From the NCBI GenBank assembly GCA_964016885.1, contig OZ024740.1, positions 11,470,001 through 11,534,000 on the forward strand: a DNA stretch of 64,000 nt, read 5' to 3'. Shown here in pieces: positions 1 to 19,459 of the stretch (its first letter is position 1; every line of letters begins with the position of its first letter). The DNA comes from Eledone cirrhosa (taxonomy: Eukaryota). A model generated the notes under the pieces. The model saw nothing but the letters and a program-made list of their open reading frames with translations, did not search any database and was not told the DNA's origin. Both the position numbers and the translations under genes were made by a program.

Positions 1-2267
1 TTTGTCATGTTGACTTTGAGGCCCTTTCTCTCTAGTCCCTGCTTCCAGGTTTGGAATTTATTCTCTAGTTCTACCATAGATTCAGCTATGAGTGCGAGGT
101 CATCAGCATACAGGAGTTCCCATGGGCATCCGGTCTTAAACTCCTCCGTTATTGCCTGCAGGACTATGATGAACAGGAGAGGGCTAAGAACAGAGCCCTG
201 GTGGACCCCAACCTGTACGCTAAATTCCTCACTATACTCATTGCCAATCCTAACTTTGCTGACTGCTCCCCTATACATGGCTTGTACCGCTTTCACAAGC
301 CATTCATCTACTCCTAGTTTTCTAAGAGCCCACCAGATTACTGCACGTGGAACTCTGTCAAAGGCTTTCTCAAGGTCGACAAATGCCAAGTAGAGTGGCT
401 TACTTTTAGCTAGGTACTTTTCCTTTAATTGCCTCACAAGGAAGAGGGCATCAGTGGTGCCTTTCCCTGGTACAAACCCAAATTGCATCTCGTCTATATT
501 CACCCGGTCCCTAATCAGCTGTGCTATAACTCTTTCTGTTACTTTCATGACCTGGTCCATCAACTTTATACCTCTATAGTTTCCTCTATCTAGTGCATCG
601 CCTTTACCTTTGTAGCAGTTGACAATGATGCTACTGCACCAATCTTTTGGTATGGCCCCCTCTAGTATTACCTGGTTAACGATACGTGTGGTTATAGTGT
701 GACCTACAGACCCAGATGCCTTCAGCATCTCGGCAGCTATACCCGATGGACCGGTTGCCTTCCCTATCTTCATATCTCTGATTGCCTTACTTACTACGCT
801 GCCGCTGACTTGTACTGCTGGTCCCTCTATAGGGTCTACGTGGGGTAGGGTCTCTTCTTCCCATGCATTCTCCTCATTTAGTAATCTATCATAATGACTC
901 TTCCATGCATCTTTCTTCTCAGCACTTGTGAGGGCAAGCTCACCTTTATCATTCCGGATACACTTCTCTCCAATGACATCACAACTATCTCTGACACACT
1001 GCCTCGCAATCTTGAATACCTCCTGTTTCTGGTCCTCACGTTGTAAAACATGCTTGAATTTTCTATCCTCTGCTTCCCTCCTAGCTAAGTATACTTGTCG
1101 CCTAGCTTCCCTCTTGGTCTCTATGTAATGTACCCTGCTCCCCCCGTTCTTCCATTCTTTCCATGCCTGTCTCTTGGCCTTGACTGCTTCATCTACCTTA
1201 TTGTTCCACCACCAAGTCACTCTCCTCCTGCTTGAGGTCTTACTCCAGCCACAAACCTCATCCGTCGCCTCTAGTAAGTTATTTTTTAGGAACTCCCAGT
1301 TCTCTTCTACGTTAAATGTCTCTATCTGTTCTTCTTTACTGTCGTAGGCGTTGAGTAAAATATCTTTAAATCTGTTACTGGTTGAGGGGACTTTCAGCTT
1401 CCAGATCTTTCTTCTCCAGGTTGGCCTCTGTTTCAGGGCTCGTCTAGTTCTGACCGTGAGGTCGCTGACAACTAAGCTATGTTGGGATGTACATTCCTCA
1501 CTAGGGAAGGCTTTTGTGTTTATGACCGTCCATCTGTCACGTCCTCTGATGAGGATAAAATCTAACTGACTAGAGTGCTCCCCTGATCTATAGGTGATCA
1601 GGTGGTTGTCGGGTTTTTTAAAGTTTGTGTTACATATCGACATGTCATTGGCGTCGCAGAATTCTAGAAGTCTGAATCCTTCCTCATTCCTTGTGCCAAC
1701 TCCATGGCCTCCATGTACTCTATTGAAGCCGTCGCAGTGTTTACCTACGTGTCCGTTAAAATCTCCTGCAATGATTAGGAAGTCCTTGTCGTCTGTTAGA
1801 GCAGTAGTGTGTATTAGGGACTCGTAAAACCTATCCTTAAGTTCGTCTGGCAGCCCCGATTGGGGTGCGTAAGCTGATATTATTGTGGTAATTGTCTTAT
1901 TCAGGACTAGTCTGAGTTTAATGATTCTTGCATTTACCCTGTACACTGAGATTACTTTATCTACCCACTTGTCAGCTAATAGTATACCTACACCACCCAT
2001 CCCATCGTCATTTCCCACCCAGAAAAATTTGTAGCACTGGCTTTTTCCTACAAGGACTCTGGCAGACTCTCCTCTCCATCTAGTCTCTTGCACACAGCAT
2101 ACATCAACTTCCTTTCGCTCTAGCATTTCTACGATTTCTCCTGCTCTTCCTTTCATTGTGCCTACATTGATGGTACCAACTCGGAGTTTTGGGCATTTGT
2201 CGACACTCGTAGGGGAGGGTCTCTGGGTTGGCGCTTCACGTGGGTGCTTGGTAGCTCGCAGATTCAT
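1..2267 (-). CDS. RTE-A single ORF (APE endonuclease + reverse transcriptase), runs off the window edge
   Basis: ATG at 2267 reads MNLRATKHPREAPTQRPSPTSVDKCPKLRVGTINVG in frame with the endonuclease. It is absent from the ORF track, consistent with no stop before position 1; not every codon was checked by hand. Confidence 0.8.
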   Translation of the reverse strand, partial: MNLRATKHPREAPTQRPSPTSVDKCPKLRVGTINVGTMKGRAGEIVEMLERKEVDVCCVQETRWRGESARVLVGKSQCYKFFWVGNDDGMGGVGILLADKWVDKVISVYRVNARIIKLRLVLNKTITTIISAYAPQSGLPDELKDRFYESLIHTTALTDDKDFLIIAGDFNGHVGKHCDGFNRVHGGHGVGTRNEEGFRLLEFCDANDMSICNTNFKKPDNHLITYRSGEHSSQLDFILIRGRDRWTVINTKAFPSEECTSQHSLVVSDLTVRTRRALKQRPTWRRKIWKLKVPSTSNRFKDILLNAYDSKEEQIETFNVEENWEFLKNNLLEATDEVCGWSKTSSRRRVTWWWNNKVDEAVKAKRQAWKEWKNGGSRVHYIETKREARRQVYLARREAEDRKFKHVLQREDQKQEVFKIARQCVRDSCDVIGEKCIRNDKGELALTSAEKKDAWKSHYDRLLNEENAWEEETLPHVDPIEGPAVQVSGSVVSKAIRDMKIGKATGPSGIAAEMLKASGSVGHTITTRIVNQVILEGAIPKDWCSSIIVNCYKGKGDALDRGNYRGIKLMDQVMKVTERVIAQLIRDRVNIDEMQFGFVPGKGTTDALFLVRQLKEKYLAKSKPLYLAFVDLEKAFDRVPRAVIWWALRKLGVDEWLVKAVQAMYRGAVSKVRIGNEYSEEFSVQVGVHQGSVLSPLLFIIVLQAITEEFKTGCPWELLYADDLALIAESMVELENKFQTWKQGLERKGLKVNMT

Positions 2268-2509
2268 ATTTCATCTATTGATTCAGAGTTGCTCGTGTAT
2301 TCCCAGCTCATCCATCCATAACGGTGGGAAAATTGAGGGCTAGAAGAACAGTGGTGGTGGGGTAATGGCAGGGTGTGTTGGGATGCGCCAGAGGAGGAGA
2401 GAGTTAGTTAGGCAGGTAGTAGCAGCAGCAGTGGAAATGGCATGCTAGGTTTGATTGGTCGAATAGACTATGGTGGTGTGTGTGTGGGGGGGGGGGGGGG
2501 AAATTGTGA

Positions 2510-3449
2510 GGTAGGAACTGAGGGTCGCATGGTAAATAACTGAGAGAGATACAATAGGATTAGAATACCGCATGGTAAATATCCAAGTTAATAAGTTAAT
2601 ACTACATCAGTAAAATTAACAAAATAACGTCATGAAAAACTACTAAGAGAAACCCTCGAAAATTTATCGCTAATACAGCAGGGAACATCATAATATTAAC
2701 GACAATATGTAGGCTAAAATACCTTCGTAGATTAGATGGATGGCTGGAAAAATTGGAATCAGCTCTAGTGATACATTTTAGCAGAGAAGAATGGGAAAGT
2801 GTCTTATCTCTTCAATATTTTCAGATTGAATGAATTAGGTTAAAGACAGGGTAGGAAGCCTTAAAGAAGTGCATAGAGAGAGGGGGGGGGGGTAGGAACT
2901 GAGGGTCGCATGGTAAATAACTGAGAGAGATACAATAGGATTAGAATACCGCATGGTAAATATCCAAGTTAATAAGTTAATACTACATCAGTAAAATTAA
3001 CAAAATAACGTCATGAAAAACTACTAAGAGAAACCCTCGAAAATTTATCGCTAATACAGCAGGGAAAATTTAACGCTAATACAGCAGGGAACATCATAAT
3101 ATTAACGACAATATGTAGGCTAAAATACCTTCGTAGATTAGATGGATGGCTGGAAAAATTGGAATCAGCTCTAGTGATACATTTTAGCAGAGAAGAATGG
3201 GAAAGTGTCTTATCTCTTCAATATTTTCAGATTGAATGAATTAGGTTAAAGACAGGGTAGTAAGCCTTAAAGAAGTGCATAGAGAGGGGGGGGGGGGGTA
3301 GGAACTGAGGGTCGCATGGTAAATAACTGAGAGAGATACAATAGGATTAGAATACCGCATGGTAAATATCCAAGTTAATAAGTTAATACTACATCAGTAA
3401 AATTAACAAAATAACGTCATGAAAAACTACTAAGAGAAACCCTCGAAAA
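2510..3449. repeat. Tandem repeat of about 380-405 bp, about 2.4 copies, at the 5' end of RTE-A
   Basis: GTAGGAACTGAGGGTCGCATGG recurs at 2511, 2892 and 3298 with near-identical units; the second unit has a short internal duplication near 3065-3090. Confidence 0.92.
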
Positions 3450-3464
3450 TATATATGTATATAT

Positions 3465-3672
3465 ATCATCATTATCATCATCATCATCGTTTAATGTCCC
3501 TGTTTCACGCTAGCACAGGTTTGGACGGGAGTTTTTCCAATTGAGGCAAGAGTGGTTGTCTTGCTCGCATAGGACTGTCTGGCGGGTTTTCTACAGCTGG
3601 ATGCCCTTCCTAACACCAACCACATTTACAGTGTGGAACTGGGAGGTTTTTACCGTGTTACCTACACGGCCA
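3465..3672 (-). mobile_element. RTE-B 3' UTR fragment with (TGA)n tail
   Basis: Reverse complement of the 3' terminal ~200 bp of the element ending at 29881, somewhat diverged. Confidence 0.85.
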
Positions 3673-3738
3673 CATATATATATATGTATATGTATGTATA
3701 CGTATATATATATATATATATTAGAAAGTGAGGTTTAC

Positions 3739-3770
<32 letters not shown>

Positions 3771-3777
3771 GTATACG

Positions 3778-3902
<125 letters not shown>

Positions 3903-3933
3903 GTATACGTATATATATATATATATATATACG

Positions 3934-4015
<82 letters not shown>

Positions 4016-4116
4016 TGTATAACTTTGAATAACTTTGAATAACTTTGAAATGTTTTGGCCAGTATTGGCCCAGGCCATGTCTAACTTAATAGCACCACCT
4101 GGCGAAGTCTTTCAAT

Positions 4117-7100
4117 TCAGGATTTGGGCACCATGGCCCATTCGACAAGAGAATTACTGTTTGCGGAGATATATCCGGGTGTGGGTGGTTTGTCCGGGAT
4201 TACTTGGAGGAATTTGTCCAAAGACTTCTTGAATTTTGTGTGGTCAGTTTCTGTTTTGACGTGTCCTGGTGTGATGTTGAAGAGAGCAGGGCCGATTGAG
4301 GTGAAATAATTGTGCCGTATCGTTGTTATGAGTTGCGATTTAGATTTTTGAATGGGACGGATAGCACGGGGCCCAAGCCTTGGGTGTATCTTGAAGGCGA
4401 TGCCAACATCATTTGGGCAGTGATGATGGAACATTTTCCACATCATGCAGATAATATAACGCTCACGGCGACGTTGGAGTGAGTAAAGTTTCAGGTTTTC
4501 TAGTCGACCCCAGTAGTCAAGGTCTGACATGCCATCTATCTTTTTCGTGATTGCCCTTTGAGGAGCTTCAAGTTTCATGATACTTTGTTTCGTGTGGGGA
4601 GACCACAGTGGACAACAATATTCAAGGTGTGGTCAGGCAAAAGTAGAGAAGAGAAGGATAATGGTGCGGGAATCTCTCGACTGGAAGGTTCTGAGGATCC
4701 AGGAACACATTCTGCGGGCCATGTCAACTTTGCTGCTTATATGCGTGGTCCAGCTTATGTTGCTGTCCACAGTTACTCCCAAGTCTCTGATGTTGTTAGA
4801 TGCCACGAGAGTTTCCCCGGAGGGAAGGGAGTACGGGAGTTTCAGAGCATCCTCTTTTCCAAAGTGGATCAGTTCGAATTTGTCTTCGTTCAGTAACATG
4901 TTGTTCTTTTCCGCCCATTGGGTAACAGCCAGTAGGTCTGACTGAAGGCTTATCCGGTCATCCACGTCATTGATGACCTTTTGGAGCTTGGAATCATCAG
5001 CGAAAATTTTAATGTTGCTGTGTTTGATGATGTCAGTGATGTCATTAATATAGATGATGAAGAGAAGTGGGCCCAACACAGTGCCTTGTGGGACCCCACT
5101 ACTGACTTTGGCTGGGCTGGATTTGACTCCCTCAACTACAACATGTTGGGTTCTGTTTGACAGGAAGCTCTTAATCCACTGCAGCAGCTTTCCAGTGACA
5201 CCAATATTGGACAGCTTTCTCAGTAGAATGTTATGATCAACCCTGTCAAAGGCCTTGCTGAAATCAAGGTAGATAACATCAGTGTTGGAACCCTCTCCCA
5301 AGGCTCTCAAAATGTCATCAAAGTGATGCAGTAGCTGCGTCAGGCAATCCCTTCCATTACGGAATCCATGCTGGTTGGAGTTCAGCATATTGTTACTCTC
5401 AAGGAAGTGGGTCATTCGCGATCTCACCACTCTCTCAAATACCTTAATGATACGAGAGGTGAGTGAGATTGGACGGTAATTCACGGCAAGGGATTTGTTT
5501 CCCTTTTTGAAAACTGGGACAACAGACTGGGATAGAAGGTTTTCTGGCACATATCCAGCATCCAGTGAGTTCCGCCACAGATTGGCAAGAGGAGATGCAA
5601 GTTGCTGTTGACACGCCTTCAAGACACAAGCAGGGAACCTATCGGGACCTACTGCTGAATTATGCTTGATTTCCTTTATTGCCGCCAAGACATCAGGGGC
5701 GCCAAACGTTATGTCCGATAAGGTGTAATGGGGAGTAACATCGCCGATACAGCCTAGATCGGCCATATCAGGATTGCTGAAAACAGAGCAGCATTGTTTC
5801 TGCAGTATCTCACCCATGCTTTTAGCATTGTTTTGAAGAGTGCCATTTTCATCAATTAGAGGGCCAACAGTAGAGCCAGTGATTTTGTGTTTTTTTGCAA
5901 ATGAAAAGAACACTTTGGGATTGAGTTTGATCTTCTCAATGGCCCAGGCCTCTTCAGCCCTTCTCTGATTGTTGATGAGGGACATTATGTTGTTTTGGAG
6001 GTTATGTTTTTTAATCTCTAGTGATGAAATGGCAGTCAAGTTGATGTGTTGCTGCTGACAGTATTTCAGCTTGTTGATTTTTTTGTTCGTTCTCTTAATT
6101 TTTCTGATGAGCGTTTTTCTATTTCTAGGGATTCTGCTCTTAGATTTGTTTATAGTTCTTAATGGGGTGTGTTTAGCACATATGTTTGTAACAGTGTCCA
6201 CAAATTTCTGCCAGGACTTTTTGATGTTAGTGGGTGTATGAGTGTGCGTGAAGGACCAGTCGACATGTGCAAGATCATGACTGATCGATTCCCAGTTTGC
6301 ATTGTGGAAATCCATAGCGTCAAACGGATGGACAGGAGAGATGACATTGGGTTTGTATATTGGACGGTGGAATCTCAGATCACAGAGAACCATGTCATGA
6401 TCAGAGAGTAGAGTTTTCTCCACTGCAATATTGTGGATATTGTCAGTGTGATTGCTGAAAATTAAGTCTAGGACGTTTTTGTGGCACCTCGTTGGTTCGA
6501 GCACCAGTTGGGATAGGAAGAAATCATCCATGAAGTCAAGAAGCGATTCCACAGCTTCCCTGTCAGAGGTTGAGGCAAAAGAACCTGGTGGCAGGCTGTT
6601 TGTGGAGCAGTCAACTCCGGGGAGGTTGCAGTCCCCCATCATTAAGATGTTGTCAGGGTGACACTCTTGGATGAAACACTTTATGCTGTTGAGGCATTCC
6701 TTGAAGCATGGTACAGGCGTTTGGGGTGGCCTATAGAGCCCAACTACTAATAGGTTGTTGGTTTGACTGAATACAGTGACTGCTTCACAGTATCCATTAG
6801 TGAATATGTTCATAGCCTCTGTTGAGAAAGAATTATGGACATAAATGGCAGTTCCGCCCTTTCTTCTGCCAGCGCGATCAGCACGGATGGCTTTGAAATT
6901 TTTCACTTTCACCTCGGCTTCCAAGTGGAGGTTACTGAGATGGGTTTCAGTGAGGACGAAGAAAGGGATGTGGTTTGGATGGACATCAATCCAGTCCTCC
7001 AGGAATTTGATCTTCCAATTTTGAGTATTGGTGGAAGGGCTGATGCCTTGGGCGTTAAGCAAAAATGTAGAGGCGAGAGTGGATGGTTTTAATTGTTTTG

Positions 7101-7137
7101 GTGTGTTGTTAATTTGTTTGTTTGTTAATGGCAGCAA
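4117..7137 (-). pseudogene. CR1-like ORF2 (APE endonuclease + RT) with one premature stop
   Basis: Motifs LLNAQG, LTETHL, GGTAIYV, LDLIF, SDH, NYRPISLTS, YLDFSKAFDRVDH, SGVPQGTVLGPLLF, FADD, LGV and YSLQRRRERY. TGA at 4633-4635 sits where copies 2 and 4 read FARPH. Confidence 0.92.
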
Positions 7138-7803
7138 TGGGAGTTTGTGCAGTGGGGTGATAGTGGAGGGTGGTGCTGGGTGATAGCTCGAATGTTTTTT
7201 TCCAGTTCTTTTGCCAGATTCATTATGGTTAAAAAAGAGGAAGAAGTTTCCTGTTTAGAAGACTGTTGGTGACTGTGGTAGTGGTTATTTTTATGTAGGT
7301 TATGGTTTTTGTTTTTGCTTTTATTTTTAATTTTATTTTCATTTGTCCGACGGGTCCCCGGGAGATGGGTAAAGGGACAATCCCGGTCTAAACACAATCT
7401 GTCTCGCAGGGAAAAGCAGCAGATTTGTGGATTCCTTGTTTGAGTTATTGGTGGTTGTGTTGGTGTTAAATTAGAGTATGTATTATGGTGGTGGCTGTTT
7501 GTGGGGATAGATCGTTTTGTCCTAGGTAAATGGGTGAATTTGCAGCCACTATCCGTACATATTCTATAGCGTAGAGAGTAGCGGCAAATGATGGGGTTTC
7601 GAGTGGGTGGGTATGTGGGTGTGTGTGTTGTGAGAGGTGTAGATGATGGTTTGGGTAGTATTTGACGACCTTTGTGTACTGTGGGAGGGAGAGTTCTTGT
7701 TCTGGTATTAGAAGATAAATTCCTTGACATAGCAGTAGACAAAAATGTTGTAGTAGTAGTAGGCAGAGATGTTGGCAGTGGTGATGTTTGGACTGCTGGG
7801 CCA
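7125..7803 (-). pseudogene. CR1-like ORF1, C-terminal half with two CCCH-type zinc fingers
   Basis: [19 protein letters not shown] and [19 protein letters not shown] (C-X8-C-X4-C-X3-H); the same protein appears at 22331-23093 and 39292-40448. Confidence 0.8.
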
Positions 7804-7813
7804 TATGTATATA

Positions 7814-7888
<75 letters not shown>

Positions 7889-8013
7889 ATATATATGTAT
7901 GTATATATGTATGTATATATATATGTATGTATATATGTATGTATATATATATGTATGTATATATATATGTATGTATATATATATGTATATATATATGTAT
8001 GTATATATGTATG

Positions 8014-8050
<37 letters not shown>

Positions 8051-8089
8051 GTATGTATATATATATGTATGTATATATATATATGTATG

Positions 8090-8127
<38 letters not shown>

Positions 8128-8265
8128 TATATGTAGGAGGTGAGTTTTATTGTAGTACAATAAAGCAATGCAGATATCGGATAAGAAGCACTCTACAGTT
8201 TGTGGGACTGATATGTTGATTTAAAACTGCACTATCAACAAGTGTTTTTTTAGCCTTCATATCAT

Positions 8266-8351
8266 GTTCTCCTGTTTTATCTGATGAAAACACAAATATT
8301 ATTGTTTGATGATGTTTGTTTTTGAAATGCGCATAATAAAATATATGGAAC
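8266..8351 (+). ncRNA. Type I hammerhead ribozyme (minimal palindromic stem III)
   Basis: Stem I TGTTTTAT/ATAAAATA; core CTGATGA 8281-8287; ~16-bp stem II hairpin; GAAA 8324-8327; palindromic TGCGCA; predicted cleavage after AUA at 8335. Confidence 0.85.
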
Positions 8352-8373
8352 TCCTTTAACCATCTTTTGATCT

Positions 8374-9757
<1,384 letters not shown>

Positions 9758-10093
9758 GGAGGCATATGGCTTAGTGGTTAGAGCATCGGCCTTGCAATCG
9801 AAAGGTTGTGAGTTCAATTCTCAGAGCGGGTGATGTGTTGTTTCCTTGAACAAGACACTTTATTTCACATTGCTCCAGTTTACTCAGCTGTAGAAATGAG
9901 ATGGTAGGGACTGGGGTCCCTATCATTCCACTGCAAAGTGGTCGTGGAGGTGCCACGGCAAAAAAGCACCCAGCACTCACTGTAAATGAGGTAGGTGTTA
10001 GGAAGGGCATCAAGCTGTAGAAATCAAGCCAGTATCAGTTCCCGTCCCACCCTTGCAAGCAGGGAAAAGCGGACGTAAAATGAAATGATGATA
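9758..10093 (+). mobile_element. tRNA-derived CORE-type SINE with RTE-derived tail, copy 1
   Basis: A-box-like TGGCTTAGTGG and B-box-like GAGTTCAATTC; CORE-like segment (CCTTGAACAAGACACTT...CAGTTTACTCAGCTGTAGAAATG); 3' end matches the RTE-C terminus; (TGA)n tail. Confidence 0.88.
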
Positions 10094-10096
10094 ATT

Positions 10097-10097
10097 A

Positions 10098-10128
<31 letters not shown>

Positions 10129-10447
10129 ATATATATATGTATATATATATATGTATACATATATGTATATGTATATATAAATGTATATATATATATATAT
10201 ATATATAAATGTATATATATGTATATATATATATGTATATATATTTGTATATATAAATGTATATATATATATGTATATATATATGTATATATATATATGT
10301 ATATATATATATGTATATATATGTATATATATATATATGTATATATATATGTATGTATATATATGTATATATATATATGTGTATATATATATGTATATAT
10401 ATATATATGTATATATATATGTATGTATATATATGTATATATATATG

Positions 10448-10534
<87 letters not shown>

Positions 10535-10851
10535 GTATGTATATATATGTGTGTATATATATGTATATATATGTGTATATATATGTATATGTGTATATAT
10601 ATGTATATGTGTATATATATATGTATATGTATATATGTATGTATATATATATATGCATATGTATATATATGTATATGTATATATATGTATGTATATGTAT
10701 ATATATGTATATCTATATATATATATGTATATATATCTATATGAATATGTATATATATATGTATGTATATATATATGTATATATATATATGTATATATAT
10801 ATGTATATATGTATATATATATAGATATGTATATATATATATGTGTATATA

Positions 10852-10892
<41 letters not shown>

Positions 10893-10909
10893 ATATATGT
10901 ATATATGTA

Positions 10910-10945
<36 letters not shown>

Positions 10946-11031
10946 TATATGTATATATGTATGTATATATGTATATGTATATATGTATGTATATATGTAT
11001 ATATGTATGTATATATGTATATATATATATG

Positions 11032-11065
<34 letters not shown>

Positions 11066-11188
11066 TGTATATGTATATATGTATATATATATATATATAT
11101 GTATATGTATATATGTATATATGTATATATATATGTATATATATATATATATGTATATGTATATATGTATATGTATATATATGTATAT

Positions 11189-11280
<92 letters not shown>

Positions 11281-11368
11281 GTGTATATATGTATATATAT
11301 GTATATGTATATATGTGTATATGTATATATATGTATATATATATATATGTATATATATATGTATATAC

Positions 11369-11400
<32 letters not shown>

Positions 11401-11418
11401 ATATATATATGTATATAC

Positions 11419-11450
<32 letters not shown>

Positions 11451-11585
11451 ATATATATGTGTATATATATATATATGTGTATATATATATATATATATAT
11501 GTATATGTATATATATGTATATGTATATATATATATGTATATATATATGTATATATATATGTATGTATATATATATATATGTATG

Positions 11586-11624
<39 letters not shown>

Positions 11625-12017
11625 GTATATGTATATATATATATGTATATATATATATATGTATATATATATATGTATATATATATGTATATATATATGT
11701 ATGTATATGTATGTATATATATATATATGTATGTATATATATATATATGTATATATATGTATATATATATATATATGTATGTATATATATATATATGTAT
11801 GTATATATATATATATGTATGTATATATATATATATGTATGTATATGTATATGTATATGTATGTATATATATATATATGTATATATATGTATATATATAT
11901 ATATGTATATATATATGTATATATATATGTATATATATATGTATATATATGTATATATATATATATGTGTATATATATATATGTATATATATGTATATAT
12001 ATATATGTATATATATG

Positions 12018-12048
<31 letters not shown>

Positions 12049-12157
12049 GTATATATATGTATATATATATATATATATGTATATATATGTATATATATAT
12101 ATATGTATATATATATGTATATATATATGTATATATATATATATATGTATATATATG

Positions 12158-12206
<49 letters not shown>

Positions 12207-12232
12207 GTATATATATGTATATATATGTATAT
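10097..12232. repeat. Degenerate (TA)n/(TATG)n array
   Basis: Direct inspection. Confidence 0.97.
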
Positions 12233-13199
12233 AACTTTGAAATGTTTTGGCCAGTATTGGCCCAGGCCATGTCTAACTTAATAGCACCACCTGGCGAAGT
12301 CTTTCAATTCAGGATTTGGGCACCATGGCCCATTCGAGAAGAGAATTACTGTTTGCGGAGACATATCCGGGTGTGGGTGGTTTGTCCGGGATTACTTGGA
12401 GGAATTTGTCCAAAGACTTCTTGAATTTTGTGTGGTCAGTTTCTGTTTTGACGTGTCCTGGTGTGATGTTGAAGAGAGCAGGGCCGATTGAGGTGAAATA
12501 ATTGTGCCGTATTGTTGTTATGAGTTGCGATTTAGATTTTTGAATGGGACGGATAGCACGGGGCCCAAGCCTTGGGTGTATCTTGAAGGCGATGCCAACA
12601 TCATTTGGGCAGTGATGATGGAACATTTTCCACATCATGCAGATAATATAACGCTCACGGCCACGTTGGAGTGAGTAAAGTTTCAGGTTTTCCAATCGAC
12701 CCCAGTAGTCAAGGTCTGACATGCCATCTATCTTTTTCGTGATTGCCCTTTGAGGAACTTCAAGTTTCATGATACTTTGTTTCGTGTGGGGAGACCACAG
12801 TGGACAACAGTATTCAAGGTGTGGTCGGGCGAAAGTAGAGAAGAGAAGGATAATGGTGCGGGAATCTCTCGACTGGAAGGTTCTGAGGATCCAGGAACAC
12901 ATTCTGCGGGCCATGTCAACTTTGCTGCTTATATGCGTGGTCCAGCTTATGTTGCTGTCCACGGTTACTCCCAAGTCTCTGATGTTGTTAGATGCCACGA
13001 GAGTTTCCCCGGAGGGAAGGGAGTACGGGAGTTTCAGAGCATCCTCTTTTCCAAAGTGGATCAGTTCGAATTTGTCTTCGTTCAGTAACATGTTGTTCTT
13101 TTCTGCCCATTGGGTAACAGCCAGTAGGTCTGACTGAAGGCTTATCCGGTCATCCACGCCATTGATGACCTTTTGGAGCTTGGAATCATCAGCGAAAAT
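12233..13199 (-). mobile_element. CR1-like LINE copy 2, 3' ~1 kb only
   Basis: Near-identical to ~4040-5008; starts at IFADDSKL and is open to the natural stop at 12309; TTCAAAGTTA tail. Confidence 0.93.
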
Positions 13200-13215
13200 T
13201 ATGTATATATATATG

Positions 13216-13282
<67 letters not shown>

Positions 13283-13345
13283 GTATGTATATATATATAT
13301 ATATGTATGTATATATATATATATGTATGTATATATATATGTATG

Positions 13346-13392
<47 letters not shown>

Positions 13393-13463
13393 ATATATAT
13401 ATATGTATATATATATATGTATATATATATATGTATATATATATATGTATATATATGTATATA

Positions 13464-13528
<65 letters not shown>

Positions 13529-13530
<2 letters not shown>

Positions 13531-13834
13531 AGGCACATGGCTTAGTGGTTAGAGCATTGGCCTTGCAATCGAAAGGTTGTGAGTTCAATTCTCAGACCGG
13601 GTGGTGTGTTGTTTCCTTGAGCAAGACGCTTTATTTCACATTGCTCCAGTTTACTCAGCTGTAGAAATGAGATGATAGGGACTGGGGTCCTTATCATTCC
13701 ACTGCAAATTGGTCGTGTAGGTGCCACGGCAAAAAAAAAGCCCAGCACTCAATGTAAATGAGGTTGGTGTTAGGAAGGGCATCCAGCTGTAGAAATCAAG
13801 CCAGTATCAGTTCCCGTCCCACCCTTGCAAGCAG
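13529..13834 (+). mobile_element. tRNA-CORE SINE copy 2 (lacks the last ~30 bp)
   Basis: High identity to 9758-10093. Confidence 0.88.
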
Positions 13835-15377
<1,543 letters not shown>

Positions 15378-15767
15378 ATCATCATCATCATCATCATCAA
15401 CGTTTAACGTCCGTGTTCCACGCTTGCATGGGTTTGGACGGGGGTAGTCCCACTTGAGGCAAGAGTGATTGTCTTGCTCGCATAGGACTGTCTGGCAGGT
15501 TTTCTACAGTTGGATGCCCTTCCTAACACCAACCACATTTACAGTGTGGGTCTGGGAGGTTTTTACCGTGTTGCCTACACGGCCACATTACAGCGTGGAC
15601 TGTGTGTTTTTTTGTCGTGACACCTACACGATCTCATTTGTTTCGGCCTGGATGGCGCGGCACCAACATAACTTTACATAGAACGGGGTGGTGTGGATGG
15701 GGTGGGGGTGGCGGCGGGAGGGGTGTATTTTGTTAGAGATGCCTACTGGCAAGGCGGGTCTTCTCTG
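15378..15767 (-). mobile_element. RTE-B 3' end fragment (ORF end, 3' UTR and tail) with a small internal deletion
   Basis: Near-identical to 52018-52433; the ~100 bp at the element's truncated 5' end are duplicated at 16044-16145. Confidence 0.9.
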
Positions 15768-16145
15768 TATGTATATATATATATGTATATATATATGTAT
15801 ATATATATATATATGTATATATATATGTATATATATATATATATATGTATGTATATATATATGTATATGTATATATGTATATGTATATATATATATATGT
15901 ATATATATATATGTATGTATATGTATGTATATGTATATGTGTATATGTATATATATATATGTGTATATGTATATGTATATATATATATGTATATATATAT
16001 ATGTGTATATGTATATGTATATATATATATGTATATATATATACATAACTTTACATAGAACGGGGTGGTGTGGATGGGGTGGGGGTGGCGGCGGGAGGGG
16101 TGTATTTTGTTAGAGATGCCTACTGGCAAGGCGGGTCTTCTCTGT

Positions 16146-18946
<2,801 letters not shown>

Positions 18947-19240
18947 TATGTAAAGTTGTGTTGGTGCCACACCATCCTGTCCGAAACAAATGAGATCGTG
19001 TAGCTGTCACGACAAAAAAACACACAGTCCACGCTGTAATGTGGCCGTGTAGGCAACACGGTAAAAACCTCCCAGACCCACACTGTAAATGTGGTTGGTG
19101 TTAGGAAGGGCATCCAACTGTAGAAAACCTGCCAGACAGTCCTATGCGAGCAAGACAATCACTCTTGCCTCAAGTGGGAAAACCCCCGTCCAAACCCATG
19201 CAAGCGTGGAACATGGACGTTAAACGATGATGATGATGAT
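18947..19240 (+). mobile_element. RTE-B 3' UTR fragment with (TGA)n tail
   Basis: Matches 57410-57709. Confidence 0.9.
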
Positions 19241-19459
19241 ATATATGTATATATATATATGTATATGTATATATATATATGTATATGAAAATCAAAACCA
19301 GCTATTTTTGCGAGCAATGAACCTTGACGTGGATTTAACCCCAAAACTCATATACATGATCTCTGGACCTGAATTGTCTCATAACGTGGCAACCCGTCCA
19401 ACCCATGCTAGCGTGGAAAATGGTGATGATGCCTCTATATACTGACATATAATAATATT

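Larger units (their letters stand above)
1..3449 (-). mobile_element. RTE-clade LINE, family A: 5' part (tandem 5' monomers, 5' UTR, APE endonuclease and RT); 3' part lies outside the window
   Basis: Minus-strand translation gives RTE-type motifs [69 protein letters not shown] and ELLYADD; clearly homologous to, but diverged from, the RTE at 26281-29378. Confidence 0.93.
4021..7803 (-). mobile_element. CR1-like two-ORF LINE, copy 1 (5'-truncated within ORF1)
   Basis: ORF1 C-terminal half, ORF2 (EN+RT), short 3' UTR and a (TTCAAAGTTA)x3 tail; flanked by TA arrays at 3673-4020 and 7804-8132. Confidence 0.92.

Noticed and set aside
7-2343. Short ORFs antisense to LINE ORFs (here and at 4124-7092, 27115-29098, 47117-50057)
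   Set aside because: Shadow frames of the transposon coding strand; they recur only because the elements are repeated.
9758-9830. Possible tRNA gene (TGC in an anticodon-like loop); also at 13529, 21190 and 59322
   Set aside because: Acceptor and anticodon stems do not pair properly, and the sequence continues into CORE and LINE-derived tail, so it is a SINE head.
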